A stretch of 64,000 bases of DNA from a virus, in the IMG/VR virus record IMGVR_UViG_3300042924_005659; one strand, written 5' to 3'. This document shows, one piece after another, positions 42,437 to 52,470 of this stretch. Both the position numbers and the translations under genes were made by a program. Position 1 is the first letter of the stretch. Every line of letters starts with the position of its first letter. The notes under the pieces are model-generated. The model was not told where the DNA came from. It saw nothing but the letters and a program-made list of their open reading frames with translations, and did no database searches.

Positions 42437-43348
42437 TTACGCTGGTTTTGCGTTTTCTGTCTTTACTTCTTTAAGTGTTTTAAAGCCGTTTTTCTCTCGG
42501 ATCTTTGCAACCAGCTGCTTGGTGAAGTCAGACTGCACTCTGGAGACCACACCGTCCGGACCAAAGATACGGTCCTTCTCGCTGTCTGTCATGGACTCCT
42601 TGAGTATCTCCACGATTTCGACAACTTCCTTTATGGCTTCGTCGGTGCGCTTGGCTTTAAAAACTTCCCAGCTGATCATTCCAACTCCAACCAGGAATCC
42701 CGCAATCAGCAGCACTGCACCCACCTGGGCTATTTGCTCCATGTAGTACTGCGATGCCGAGGCAAACCCGACCATCAGCAGACCAAGTAGAACAATGGAT
42801 GCACCGTACGCCTTATTGAGAAAGAAGGCTACGGCAGCCCCTATTGCAAGTAATGAAAATCCGATTACCCAGAACATCGTTATATACCCGTAGAGTTTTT
42901 CCAACGCTTTGCCGCGACTAGTCTCGACGGCACTATTGAGCTTAATCAGTTGATCTTCCAGCTGATCGACCTGCTCTACTAAAGTTTCTAGCTTTTGCGT
43001 TTCTTTGTCAAGATCCGCAGCAGCCTCTAGTATGTTGTCTGCCTTGCTGTCTATCTCGTGCAAAGAGTTTATCGCGGAGTCTACGGCAGGCTTGTGTTCC
43101 GGTTCCACGACAGGGTAAACAGTATCCAACGCCTGTACTGCTGTAGCGGACTCTGCGATGATTATCTTGGAGTCCCGCTCAATGTCCTGCACGTTGTCCT
43201 TGGTATTGTCCAATAGAGACTGCAGGCCAGTCGAACTAGACGCAGGCTTGATAGGATCCTTGGGGATCTTAGGTGCGCTTTCACAGCTGCATAGTACAAA
43301 TAGCAGAGTCAGCGCCACCCATTTAACGATGCGATTAATGTTGCCCAT
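42437..43348 (-). CDS. Lipoprotein with a long coiled coil and three C-terminal TM helices
   Basis: Lipobox-like LLFVLCSC, heptad region, three hydrophobic helices. Confidence 0.7.
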   Translation of the reverse strand: MGNINRIVKWVALTLLFVLCSCESAPKIPKDPIKPASSSTGLQSLLDNTKDNVQDIERDSKIIIAESATAVQALDTVYPVVEPEHKPAVDSAINSLHEIDSKADNILEAAADLDKETQKLETLVEQVDQLEDQLIKLNSAVETSRGKALEKLYGYITMFWVIGFSLLAIGAAVAFFLNKAYGASIVLLGLLMVGFASASQYYMEQIAQVGAVLLIAGFLVGVGMISWEVFKAKRTDEAIKEVVEIVEILKESMTDSEKDRIFGPDGVVSRVQSDFTKQLVAKIREKNGFKTLKEVKTENAKPA

Positions 43349-43406
43349 AGCAACACTATACCTATGGCTTTGAGAAGTTGCCATTTGGGTTTTTGCATTA
43401 GAATTA

Positions 43407-43844
43407 TTACCTATGCAGCTGCATGCTGAAAACCTCGGCTTTAACAACTACGGACTCTCCATGTCTATCTTCGGCGCATTCGGCATTGGCTAGGCCGTCT
43501 TCTAGACTTTCTACCAGCTCTTCGGCATCATCGCCATTTTTAAAGACCTGCTCTACGCACCAGTCTTCTAGGACGCCAGTCCTATGATTGTTGTATCTAA
43601 CAACTACTAGGTGTAGAGTTTCTCCAACCTCGGCCTCAAACTCAAGCTCCAGTTCCACAGAGTCTCCTCGCGGTTCCTTAGCCGTAAGCCGTATAGGATT
43701 AAATTCTATGAAGCAGCGTTCTTCGCTATCTTCGTAGTCAAAATCGTCGGAGTCTTCGTCTCTCTCGTCGTCTGAGTCGTCGTCGTAATCCGGGTCGTCG
43801 TTTCTACTTTCAGAGTATTGCAAATAAACAGTGGTGTAAGGCAT
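43407..43844 (-). CDS. Acidic hypothetical protein
   Basis: 145 aa with an Asp/Glu-rich tract. Confidence 0.7.
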   Translation of the reverse strand: MPYTTVYLQYSESRNDDPDYDDDSDDERDEDSDDFDYEDSEERCFIEFNPIRLTAKEPRGDSVELELEFEAEVGETLHLVVVRYNNHRTGVLEDWCVEQVFKNGDDAEELVESLEDGLANAECAEDRHGESVVVKAEVFSMQLHR

Positions 43845-43893
43845 ATTAGCTCCTTACACCACTGTTTACCGCATTTATGAATTTAGTGCAACT

Positions 43894-44259
43894 TTACTTC
43901 TTAGACTTTACCCCGGTCTCTGGCACGAATTGCATTGTTTCGGTAATGCTGGAATCCGACACGCCTCTGACGTACGTCATCGCATAGGTGGCCACTGCGT
44001 ACAGGTATCCACCAGAGACAGGCATGCGACGAGTGACACGCTGGAACTTGTTAGCGATCGTCTCGCCAAGTCGATTGTCCGCCCAGCGCTCTTCGCTAAC
44101 AGTTTCCCAAACAGATTCTGCTTGCGGCTGCGCCTGAGTTACAGCGTCTGTGATCTGCGACTCAAATGCTGCTTTTTCTGTGGGGCTCATAACTCCGACA
44201 TTTGCCTTGAGCGGAGTATTTGCGATATTTCCGGTAGACACTGCTTCAAACTTACTCAT
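43894..44259 (-). CDS. Hypothetical protein
   Basis: 121-aa ORF. Confidence 0.6.
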   Translation of the reverse strand: MSKFEAVSTGNIANTPLKANVGVMSPTEKAAFESQITDAVTQAQPQAESVWETVSEERWADNRLGETIANKFQRVTRRMPVSGGYLYAVATYAMTYVRGVSDSSITETMQFVPETGVKSKK

Positions 44260-44274
44260 TGCTTTCCTTTCAAA

Positions 44275-46776
44275 TTAACCACACTTGCTGCTGCCGCAGG
44301 ACTTACAGGTAACGCACCCTTCCTGTCGCACCAGACTTTCCGACTGACACGAGCTGCATGTCTCTCCCTTGACTTCAGTTCCGTCGGGAATGAACTTCTT
44401 CAAGGTGCGGGCAACGGTCTTGGAGAAAGAGAACATGTCTCCAGTGACCTTTTCCAGCTGATGGACAATGTAGTGAATCTCTACTCCGTGGCGTAGTGCG
44501 GTAGAGATAAGTCTCGTAATTGCGCCTTCTTCGCTGGACACCAAATTACCAAGCCTGTTAAGAGTGAGGATCTCACCTTCGTTCTTATTGTCGATGAACT
44601 CACCCTTATAGTGGCCTCTGGCCATCTTCGTCAAAGTACCGCCCTTAAATCGCTTGGGGATAATGGAGTCTCCGTCTTCGTTGTGATTGACTCCAGCGAA
44701 GATCTCATAAGGAGCTCCATTCCTAGTGCTTACCAGGACGAAGTAAGGCACGCCTCCCACGGTGTGGTGGTGCACCTCGCAAGGCAAGATCTCGGGACGC
44801 TTGTAGCTCACGTCCTTCTTCTTTTCCTCCTTGGCCACCAGAACTCCGGTACGGCATCCGTCTCTGTAGATCGTCATGCCCTTGCAGCCAGACTTCCAAG
44901 CCTTGAGGTAAATCTGGTTTACCGTATCCACGGTAGTATCGGCAGGTAGATTTACCGTACTGCTGATGGCGTGGTCAATGTGTCGCTGCGCAGTAGCCTG
45001 CAGCTCCACTCGGGCCTCCCAGTTCAACTCAGGTGCAGTAGAGCCAGCCCAGGGACTCTTGTCCAGGTCGGACTCTCCGGTGATCTGCATCCACTCAGAG
45101 ACCTTGGGTGGATATACCGTAAATTCCATCCAGTGGTCTCCATTCTGATCCACAAAATCAGATCGGAAGTTCTTGTCGCCAGGATTGCCCTTCTTGCGTC
45201 GGGTGTACGGCTTGATCATGAACTGCGGCTCAATGCCCGAACTGGTCTGCGTAAGGATCGACACCGAGCCGCACGGAGCAGTGGTAAGCAGTGCGATATT
45301 GCGTCGGCCGTACTTCTGCATGTCGGCATAGAGCTTCGGATCCTCCTGTGAGATTCGCAGCAGGAAGGGATTCTCCAGCTCTCTTTCTGCGCTGTAGATT
45401 GGGAAGGCTCCTAGCTCCTTAGCCATGTCTACAGAGGACCGATAGCAGGAAAGCTTGAACTCCCGATAGATGCTATCGATCATGGAGATGCCTTCCTTGG
45501 AGCCGTAGCCGATGCCCAAGGCTGCCAAGGTGTCGCCAATAGCTGTCTGTCCGGAGCCGGTGCGTCGGCCGTTTCTAGCGGCATTACGAACCTTGATCCA
45601 AAGTGCGGTCTCCCGGGTCTTCAGCTCAGCGTCCTCAGGGTCGTTGGCGATCTTGTTGAGAATGCGATCAATGCACTCCAACTCCAGATCCACCATGTCG
45701 TCCATAAGTCTCTGGCACATGTATGCGTCCTGCCGGAAGGAATCAAAGTCAAACTTTGCTTCCTTGGTAAACGGCTTGGACACATATGAGTAGGCGTTTA
45801 CCAACATGAGTCGGCAGGAGTCGTATGCCGACAAAGGAATCTCCGAGCACGGATTGGTGCATACAGTCTTAAATCCCTGGTCTGCATAGCAGTCAGGAAT
45901 GCTTTCCCGGAGGATGTTGTCCCACATCAGCATGCCTGGTTCGGCCGTTGCGTGAGCAGCCTCGATGAGCATGTTCCAGATGTCTCGAGCCCGTACCTTG
46001 TCTTCCACCTTGGCCTTACCTGCGTCTGGCCAGTACTGAGTGTACTCCTGGTCCTGCTCAACGGCATTCAAGAAGGAGTCCGTGAGGCGCACCGAAATGT
46101 TGGCTCCGGTTACCTTTGTGAGATCTCTCTTGCACTTTATGAACTTTTCAACGTCGGGATGGTGAATGGACTGCGTGAGCATCAGAGCTCCACGACGACC
46201 GTTTTGACCAACCTCGCGAATCGAGTTGGAGAAGCGCTCTGCAAACGGAATTGTACCGGTGCTGGTTCTTGCAGCATTCTTGGTCAAGGAACCTTCGGGA
46301 CGCAGAGTGCCCAAGTCGATTCCACAGCCTCCTCTACGCTTGCTGATCTGCACCAGCTCCTCGTCTGCACGGCAAATTCCGGCATACGAGTCTTCCGGGC
46401 TTTGAAGCACATAGCAGTTGCTGAGACTGATGACCTGATAGGGGTTGCCAATGCCGTACATTGGGCTGCCTTGAGGAACGATTCTTGCGAACTTGTGCAA
46501 GGCATCGAAGATCTGGTCTTCGGTGTAGGGCTTCGCAAACTTGCCTGCTTCTATTCTGGCAAACTCTTTGGCAATTCTGCGATGCATGTGCTCCGGAGTC
46601 GCCTCCAGGAGATTCTGCTGTCCATCTCGAAGAGCATACTTGTCGATGAAGACTCTAGCGGCAAGGTCATCGCCTCCAAAGTATTCCGTAGAAGCTTCTA
46701 AGGCCTGCTCGTAAGTGTAGTGCTTTTGAGTTGCGGGCTTGTTGGTGTTAACTGGGGAAATAGTCTGTGGGCTCAA
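44275..46776 (-). CDS. nrdJ: Class II (adenosylcobalamin-dependent) ribonucleotide reductase
   Basis: PQGSPM, LSNCY, RRGALM, TNPCSEI, APCGSVS, SSGIEP; C-terminal CxxC...EGCVTCKSCGSSKC. Confidence 0.95.
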   Translation of the reverse strand: MSPQTISPVNTNKPATQKHYTYEQALEASTEYFGGDDLAARVFIDKYALRDGQQNLLEATPEHMHRRIAKEFARIEAGKFAKPYTEDQIFDALHKFARIVPQGSPMYGIGNPYQVISLSNCYVLQSPEDSYAGICRADEELVQISKRRGGCGIDLGTLRPEGSLTKNAARTSTGTIPFAERFSNSIREVGQNGRRGALMLTQSIHHPDVEKFIKCKRDLTKVTGANISVRLTDSFLNAVEQDQEYTQYWPDAGKAKVEDKVRARDIWNMLIEAAHATAEPGMLMWDNILRESIPDCYADQGFKTVCTNPCSEIPLSAYDSCRLMLVNAYSYVSKPFTKEAKFDFDSFRQDAYMCQRLMDDMVDLELECIDRILNKIANDPEDAELKTRETALWIKVRNAARNGRRTGSGQTAIGDTLAALGIGYGSKEGISMIDSIYREFKLSCYRSSVDMAKELGAFPIYSAERELENPFLLRISQEDPKLYADMQKYGRRNIALLTTAPCGSVSILTQTSSGIEPQFMIKPYTRRKKGNPGDKNFRSDFVDQNGDHWMEFTVYPPKVSEWMQITGESDLDKSPWAGSTAPELNWEARVELQATAQRHIDHAISSTVNLPADTTVDTVNQIYLKAWKSGCKGMTIYRDGCRTGVLVAKEEKKKDVSYKRPEILPCEVHHHTVGGVPYFVLVSTRNGAPYEIFAGVNHNEDGDSIIPKRFKGGTLTKMARGHYKGEFIDNKNEGEILTLNRLGNLVSSEEGAITRLISTALRHGVEIHYIVHQLEKVTGDMFSFSKTVARTLKKFIPDGTEVKGETCSSCQSESLVRQEGCVTCKSCGSSKCG

Positions 46777-46777
46777 C

Positions 46778-47743
46778 TTACTTTACTCCTGTTCCAAAAA
46801 ACAGAACTTTCTTTTTACTTCTTACCGCCGTTCTAAACTCCTCCACAGTATGTTGCAAAATACTGCTGGAGAAGCCTTCTGGGGTAAGCCCCAGTAAGTA
46901 GATCGGACTAGCATCATATAGCTCGACAGATATGTTGTCGAGCCCTTCTACGCTGTGGATGCTGACTCTTTTATGAGGTTCGTGTTTTCGCAGATATTTT
47001 TGAAATTTAACTAACTGGCTGTTCATTTCTTTTTCTTTGCCATCAGAAGAAATTAGTGCAATCCTAACAGATACGTATGGCACTTTATCTAGTATCGATG
47101 CACCTAAAGTCTTGCACCCAATGTAGTTAAATTTCTTCAATCGCCGGATTATCTTTTGCAACAATGCGTCGTCGATAACCGGAGTGTAGCCGTAGCGTTT
47201 TGCTGTAAAAGGAATGTCTATCTCTACAATCTTTGCGTGTAGAGTTTTAAGATCTCTTCCTTCCAGGTTTTGTTTAAATTCTTGATATGTTTTGTTTGCA
47301 AGTCGCATTCTGCAGTTTGGACAAAACATGCTGCGACAAGGCCAGGTTGTTTTGCAGGTCCCCAATGCTGGACACTTATACATTCGACTGGTTTCTGCTG
47401 TTTCTGCGCTTGCTAGTTTGCCAAAACACTTTCTTGTTCCTCGCTTAAAAACCTTGGTCAAAGCGAGCCTACGAACAATTGCACGTATCTCATAGTTTGG
47501 CAAAGTGCTGCTGATATGATTTTTCCAATTTCTAGCCAGGTGGTCCATGGATTTTGTTTCGTAGTACAGCTTCAGGGATTCCCCGAGCCCGTAACCAATA
47601 TCCATCCCACCCAGCTTTATCAGAGTGTCTATCTGAGCGTCCATCAGCTTGACCAGGTATGGAGCCATTCGATAAGGCGTGTAGTTTAAGTCGATAACAT
47701 CCCGGAACGCTTTTGCGTCCTGGGCGGACATTGTGTTTTGCAT
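46778..47743 (-). CDS. Basic hypothetical protein with a Cys5 cluster (possible Zn-binding DNA-binding protein)
   Basis: CPALGTCKTTWPCRSMFCPNC; visibly AT-rich gene. Confidence 0.7.
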   Translation of the reverse strand: MQNTMSAQDAKAFRDVIDLNYTPYRMAPYLVKLMDAQIDTLIKLGGMDIGYGLGESLKLYYETKSMDHLARNWKNHISSTLPNYEIRAIVRRLALTKVFKRGTRKCFGKLASAETAETSRMYKCPALGTCKTTWPCRSMFCPNCRMRLANKTYQEFKQNLEGRDLKTLHAKIVEIDIPFTAKRYGYTPVIDDALLQKIIRRLKKFNYIGCKTLGASILDKVPYVSVRIALISSDGKEKEMNSQLVKFQKYLRKHEPHKRVSIHSVEGLDNISVELYDASPIYLLGLTPEGFSSSILQHTVEEFRTAVRSKKKVLFFGTGVK

Positions 47744-47754
47744 GGGGGCTTATC

Positions 47755-50298
47755 CTAGCCAGGTAGGTGTATAGTTACAACCTGTCCGACTGATAAATTG
47801 TAGTTTAGTATGATCGACCTAGGCGTACCGTAGGTTACTTCTCTCACGCCGCTGGTCCTTGCCATCTTGACCAGGCGAAGATTATCCAAGTATACCTGAC
47901 AGTCAGGATTAGTGGAGAAGTCTGATGGCACTACAACTAGTTTATTATCCGATGCTGATTCGTACGTCAGCACTCCGGTAGCGCTGCTGAATATAAGCGC
48001 CTTGTCGTAGATGGATAGGATTATGGCCGAGCCTGAGCTCCAGCCAACCGGCAAACTCTGCACAAGAAAGCTTAGCTCCTTGCGTGGTTTTACCATCGTG
48101 TCTACGTAATTTTTTGTAGCCACATCAGAGGACTGGACAGGATCCGCCACCGCAATAACTCGATTGTTGTGGGCACTAAGTCCATTTGTTCCTGCTGACA
48201 GCTTGGCAGCGCCGTTGACTATCAGGCTTACGCTTTGTACCTGAGTTTGGCCAACTCCGGTCTGAGACTCTCCTGCAAAGGCGTATGTTGGAACGCCGGT
48301 GCTCAGCACGGAGGAGTAGTTGCTTATGGTGTTAGACAGGCGAATGTACGGGGCGTTGAACGAATCCGTGGCGCCCACCAGCGCATCAGTAGATGCATTT
48401 GCCTCAAGCAGTCGTTTACCGCTGGCCGAGAATCCCACCTTTACGGAGCTTTCCGTCGAGGCGTACATTCCCGTACCGGATTTGCCTATCAGGGGATTTG
48501 CTGGAGCGGAATCAGAACTAATGTTCAAGCCCTTGCTGAGCTGAACAGTTCCGTCCGCCTTAAGGACATTTGTTGTTAGTGAGTTTATGTCCACCCATTG
48601 AGTGCGTCCATTGACGCTCTGCAGGACGCCATTGTTCAAAGAGTTGCTGGGCAACTCGAACACTACATTATTTACTGTACTTGGCGCCTTTATGATGGCA
48701 GCGCCGCCACTGGATGAGTTCATCCTAAACGATGCAGGGGCAGAGGAGCTTCCTATTTCCAAAGTGCCGTTTAAGTACTTTGCATCGCTCTGTACGTATT
48801 TTGAAGTCGAACCAGAGGAGACTATCGGCAACGATCCAGGAGTAGTGCCTACAGGTATTCTGGCATCTACGTATTCTTTATTGGCGGCATCAGCAGGTTC
48901 AACTGGGGCGCCCACGTTTGATACCTGGCTGCCTTTGACGTTTACCTTGGCCTCTGAGAACTCTATGACAGCCTGGCCCTTTACGGCAACTGCCAGTGCA
49001 TCCGTATTGGACCTAAACACTCCTAGTCCTTCCGATCCAGAGAAGGCATATGTTGGCTTAGCAGGATTGTTGATTCCTACAGAGTCAGTGAGGACGACTT
49101 TTGCTGTGCCTGTGGCCAATGCATTTGCAGAAGCAAGACCTTCCGACGAGATCTGAGCAATTGCTGTATTTTGAACTATGATCTTTAGGCTTGAGTTGTC
49201 GGAAGTAAGACCCGCAGTTCCGATGTTAAGTGCTGGCTTTTGTTCAGTTCCTGCATCGACAGACAGAGTGGATGCCGGCTGAAGGACAAAGTCTTTTGAC
49301 TCTTCCGTATTTACAGAAGCAGTCAACGACTGACTGCTTATGTATTTTCTTCCACTTGCCGTATTTACTACAAGTCCTTCAATGCCTGAGTCGTACCATA
49401 GCCCACCTATTGGATTGCTCAGAGGGTCTATGTTGCTAGAGCTAGCTAGAGCCAACGCTCCCGCCATTTGAACGTACGGCTTTACAGAGTTGCCCGATAC
49501 ATCCTGCGGCTTAACTAGCTGCATGACGGGCTGTCCAGCTATGTCAAAGTAGAGCCTAGCGCTGTTATCTGTCCAGGCGGAGGTATATCCCAGACCTGCT
49601 GATGCTGCAAAATCAATGTTGTAGACTGGATATACTACTTCTTGGAAGCCTAGTGGCTTTTTTGTAGCAAACGCGTACTGGCTTCCATCGAAAGTTACAG
49701 GCTGAAAAGGAGTTTGGAACTCCAAGTTTCCAGATGCATTGGCCTGCAGTATTTGGTTTACTGTCGGTGCATTTGTAGGCAGCTGATATGTAGCCACCTG
49801 CAGAGCATTAACCTGGAAGTAGCCTGTAGATACGGTAAGAGATGCGTTGTTGGCCGTTACTTGAAACTGTTTGACGGTATGCAGTTCCTGCATATCGCCA
49901 ATGCCGCTAAGTTGTTTAAAAACAACTTTGTCTTGTACCGTTCCTCCTGGCAGCGTGGCAGCTATGACGTACTCATTTGCCGCCTGTGAAGATGCCAGCA
50001 AACCTATGGTCAGATTGCTATCCAGCCGCAGTTGCTGGGGGCCTGAGGCTAGGAACGCAGAAAATACTGACTGTACGCTTATTAGCGTGTTTAAAGATTC
50101 GTAGCCCAGCGTAAAGCCGGGCTTGATCGTCAGTACGTCGTTAACTGCTCCTAACGCAGGATCAGGTATAGGGCTAGAAACCTGGCCTAACGTAAAATCA
50201 AAGTTGGAATTTAAAGCATCAACTAATAGATTGTAGTTATCTATTAGCTGTTTTTCCGAAATGATCTTGTACAAACCAAGGTCTATTAGCGAAGCCAT
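47755..50298 (-). CDS. Large beta-rich structural protein, tail-fibre-like
   Basis: 847 aa, S/G/T-rich; DAANKEYVD and DVATKNYVD motifs; repeated PTYAF.G modules. Confidence 0.6.
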   Translation of the reverse strand: MASLIDLGLYKIISEKQLIDNYNLLVDALNSNFDFTLGQVSSPIPDPALGAVNDVLTIKPGFTLGYESLNTLISVQSVFSAFLASGPQQLRLDSNLTIGLLASSQAANEYVIAATLPGGTVQDKVVFKQLSGIGDMQELHTVKQFQVTANNASLTVSTGYFQVNALQVATYQLPTNAPTVNQILQANASGNLEFQTPFQPVTFDGSQYAFATKKPLGFQEVVYPVYNIDFAASAGLGYTSAWTDNSARLYFDIAGQPVMQLVKPQDVSGNSVKPYVQMAGALALASSSNIDPLSNPIGGLWYDSGIEGLVVNTASGRKYISSQSLTASVNTEESKDFVLQPASTLSVDAGTEQKPALNIGTAGLTSDNSSLKIIVQNTAIAQISSEGLASANALATGTAKVVLTDSVGINNPAKPTYAFSGSEGLGVFRSNTDALAVAVKGQAVIEFSEAKVNVKGSQVSNVGAPVEPADAANKEYVDARIPVGTTPGSLPIVSSGSTSKYVQSDAKYLNGTLEIGSSSAPASFRMNSSSGGAAIIKAPSTVNNVVFELPSNSLNNGVLQSVNGRTQWVDINSLTTNVLKADGTVQLSKGLNISSDSAPANPLIGKSGTGMYASTESSVKVGFSASGKRLLEANASTDALVGATDSFNAPYIRLSNTISNYSSVLSTGVPTYAFAGESQTGVGQTQVQSVSLIVNGAAKLSAGTNGLSAHNNRVIAVADPVQSSDVATKNYVDTMVKPRKELSFLVQSLPVGWSSGSAIILSIYDKALIFSSATGVLTYESASDNKLVVVPSDFSTNPDCQVYLDNLRLVKMARTSGVREVTYGTPRSIILNYNLSVGQVVTIHLPG

Positions 50299-50321
50299 GG
50301 GGCTATTTTACCTGATTTAGA

Positions 50322-50361
50322 GTAAAAGGGTAGGGCTGTCTTTCAACAACCCTACCCTTAA
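50322..50361 (-). terminator. Rho-independent terminator with a GAAA tetraloop
   Basis: AAGGGTAGGG-TTGTT-GAAA-GACAG-CCCTACCCTT-TT. Confidence 0.8.
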
Positions 50362-50375
50362 AGTAAATGCCGTAA

Positions 50376-50933
50376 TTAGATTATCGTGAGCTCGTGTCCC
50401 GAGGAGACCTGCATAGCAAATGCTTTTGCGGCAAGCTTCTTGCCCTCTTCCGGCAATTCTCTACCTGCTGGTATTTCTTCTAAGGCTTTTTCAGCATTAT
50501 AGTTATTTGCGGTGAGGCGCACGACCTTGCCTGCCCCATCAGTATCCTCAAAGCCGAAAAAGTAAATTGCCTGGCAGCAGTTCTTCATCTCTGCGCAGAT
50601 GTGCTGTCTGGCCTTTGGGCTCATGCTGTCGCAGCAGAGCAGAACGGTATTTCCGTTTATCTTGGAGGTCAGGCTTTCCAATGTGTCGTCGTCTAAACGC
50701 ATTTTCTTGGAAATTTTTGCCTTTGGGTTTATCTCCTTGATTGCGTCAGCAGTGGCATCCGTTCGATACTGGCCCACGTCAATGTCCAGGTATCCCGAGG
50801 TTACGCACTTGGCAGACACCTTTTTATCGTCCACCAAAGTCACGGAGCCCAGCTCGCTAACCGAAATCAATCCTGCTAAAGTTCGACCTATAGAGTTAAG
50901 GCCGACTACTACAAACTCGACTTGCTCATTCAT
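50376..50933 (-). CDS. ThiF/E1-like adenylation-fold protein, degenerate
   Basis: FVVVGLNSIG, VTLVDDKKV, DVGQYRTDAT...IKEINP, LCCDSM. The NLxRQ motif is absent. Confidence 0.65.
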   Translation of the reverse strand: MNEQVEFVVVGLNSIGRTLAGLISVSELGSVTLVDDKKVSAKCVTSGYLDIDVGQYRTDATADAIKEINPKAKISKKMRLDDDTLESLTSKINGNTVLLCCDSMSPKARQHICAEMKNCCQAIYFFGFEDTDGAGKVVRLTANNYNAEKALEEIPAGRELPEEGKKLAAKAFAMQVSSGHELTII

Positions 50934-51880
50934 GGTTGTTTTTCTCTTGCTAACAAGAACCGCTTAACTAATCCTGATTGTAGCACTCGAAGCTTTTCTT
51001 CAAACTCTGCAGCTTCCGTTTTGCTTAAGAGGCTTATGGCTTTGTTGGATTTTTCCGAAGCCTCACTGTTGTTTAAAAGTTCTTTTAAACAAGCTATGTC
51101 CACTTTGGACAAAGTCACTGCATTTAAAACATAATCTTCAAATGCCTGCATAGTCACAGGGACCAGCGGAGCAATCAGGCTATGGCAGGCTTTTGCAAAG
51201 TCTTGAATTTCTTTTTGAGCATGCGAATCCATTCGCAGCTTCAAAAAGTTTAAAAGATTATGCAGGTCTATCTTCCAGTAGAACTCAGTGTACATGTTTT
51301 GAGGCAAGATCATTCGTGCTTGCTCTCTAGCCACGCCTGCATTCAAAGCCTCGGTATAGGCGCCATAAGCCTGCTTATAGAGCAGCTTCATCTCGTCTAC
51401 AAAGGCACTTGCCTCATTACCAGGAAAGTCAAGCAGGTCGGAGCCCTGCTTATTTACGTAGGATTGAGTGCGAATGTCTGTGACCTTGGGAATGGCGCAG
51501 GCATCAGGAACTGCAGAATACCGAGCACTGTATTCATTAATGCTGGCCATTCTGTGTCTCATCCATTGCCTAGCCACAAAGATAGGCATTTTAAGATGAA
51601 ACTTAAACTCCACCATTTCAAACGGTGAGGTATGCCTATGTCGCATCAGATAGCGAATCAAGGATTGATCGCTCTCCGGGCCCTTGCTGCCTGCACCATT
51701 GGAGGTGCGGGCAGCTTGGACTATAGCGACATCTAAAGTGCCGCTTTGCATTCCAGGCATGGTGTCTACCAGTCGTACCCAGCCAGCAGGCCCTACAGAA
51801 ATTTCATTCTTCATTGGGTTCAAATACTTCTTCTGGAATTTCCGAAAGGAAGGAGTCTTGGTCGTCGACCTTATTGACAA
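50930..51880 (-). CDS. thyX: Flavin-dependent thymidylate synthase
   Basis: HTSPFE, RQWMRHR.ASINEYSARY, EQARMILP. Confidence 0.97.
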   Translation of the reverse strand: MSIRSTTKTPSFRKFQKKYLNPMKNEISVGPAGWVRLVDTMPGMQSGTLDVAIVQAARTSNGAGSKGPESDQSLIRYLMRHRHTSPFEMVEFKFHLKMPIFVARQWMRHRMASINEYSARYSAVPDACAIPKVTDIRTQSYVNKQGSDLLDFPGNEASAFVDEMKLLYKQAYGAYTEALNAGVAREQARMILPQNMYTEFYWKIDLHNLLNFLKLRMDSHAQKEIQDFAKACHSLIAPLVPVTMQAFEDYVLNAVTLSKVDIACLKELLNNSEASEKSNKAISLLSKTEAAEFEEKLRVLQSGLVKRFLLAREKQP

Positions 51881-51954
51881 TTGGAATTAGGCTTAGCTTG
51901 AAGTCCAGGGCGTCTAGATTTATGTCTTTAAAGGGCTTTTCCATTTCGCTTTCA

Positions 51955-52470
51955 TCATTCGTACTTAGGAAGATCGTTGTATTCGGCTGGCCAAAGTCCA
52001 CGGCGAATCATCTCCTGTCCGTGCATAATTGCATCAAGGTTAAATGCGCAATGTGCCAAATGATCCTCGTCTGTAGCACCCATCATAAACTGAATGAAGT
52101 GCCTGTTTGCCGAGGCTGCAAACACGCTCAGAGGCATGCCCTTTTCCCAGTTCCGATCTCCGTACTTTCTGGCTCCTAGTTCCATAACTCTACCACGACG
52201 CATGGTAGCGAATGGAGATAGGAGATCCGGTCTAGGCTTTCCTGCTGCGGAATCGCGCTTGGCTCCGGATCCAAAGGTGCGATTATCGTTTGCGAAGTTA
52301 AACCCGTATTGGTCTTCGTCAGTTTGTGGCTCTAGGCTTTCTGCCTCGTTTTCTGGCGGGAGTTTCTGGCGTCCCGATATGTAGCCCGCCAGTCGACCCG
52401 TTGCCTTTCCCAGGCACGTAATCTTCGGCTCTCCAGTGACTTCCGATTGTGATTCCGTCGGTGTAGACAT
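51955..52470 (-). CDS. dATP/dGTP diphosphohydrolase domain protein (DUF5664-like)
   Basis: GKPRPDLL, GARKYGDRNWEKGM, EDHLAHCAFN. Confidence 0.85.
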   Translation of the reverse strand: MSTPTESQSEVTGEPKITCLGKATGRLAGYISGRQKLPPENEAESLEPQTDEDQYGFNFANDNRTFGSGAKRDSAAGKPRPDLLSPFATMRRGRVMELGARKYGDRNWEKGMPLSVFAASANRHFIQFMMGATDEDHLAHCAFNLDAIMHGQEMIRRGLWPAEYNDLPKYE

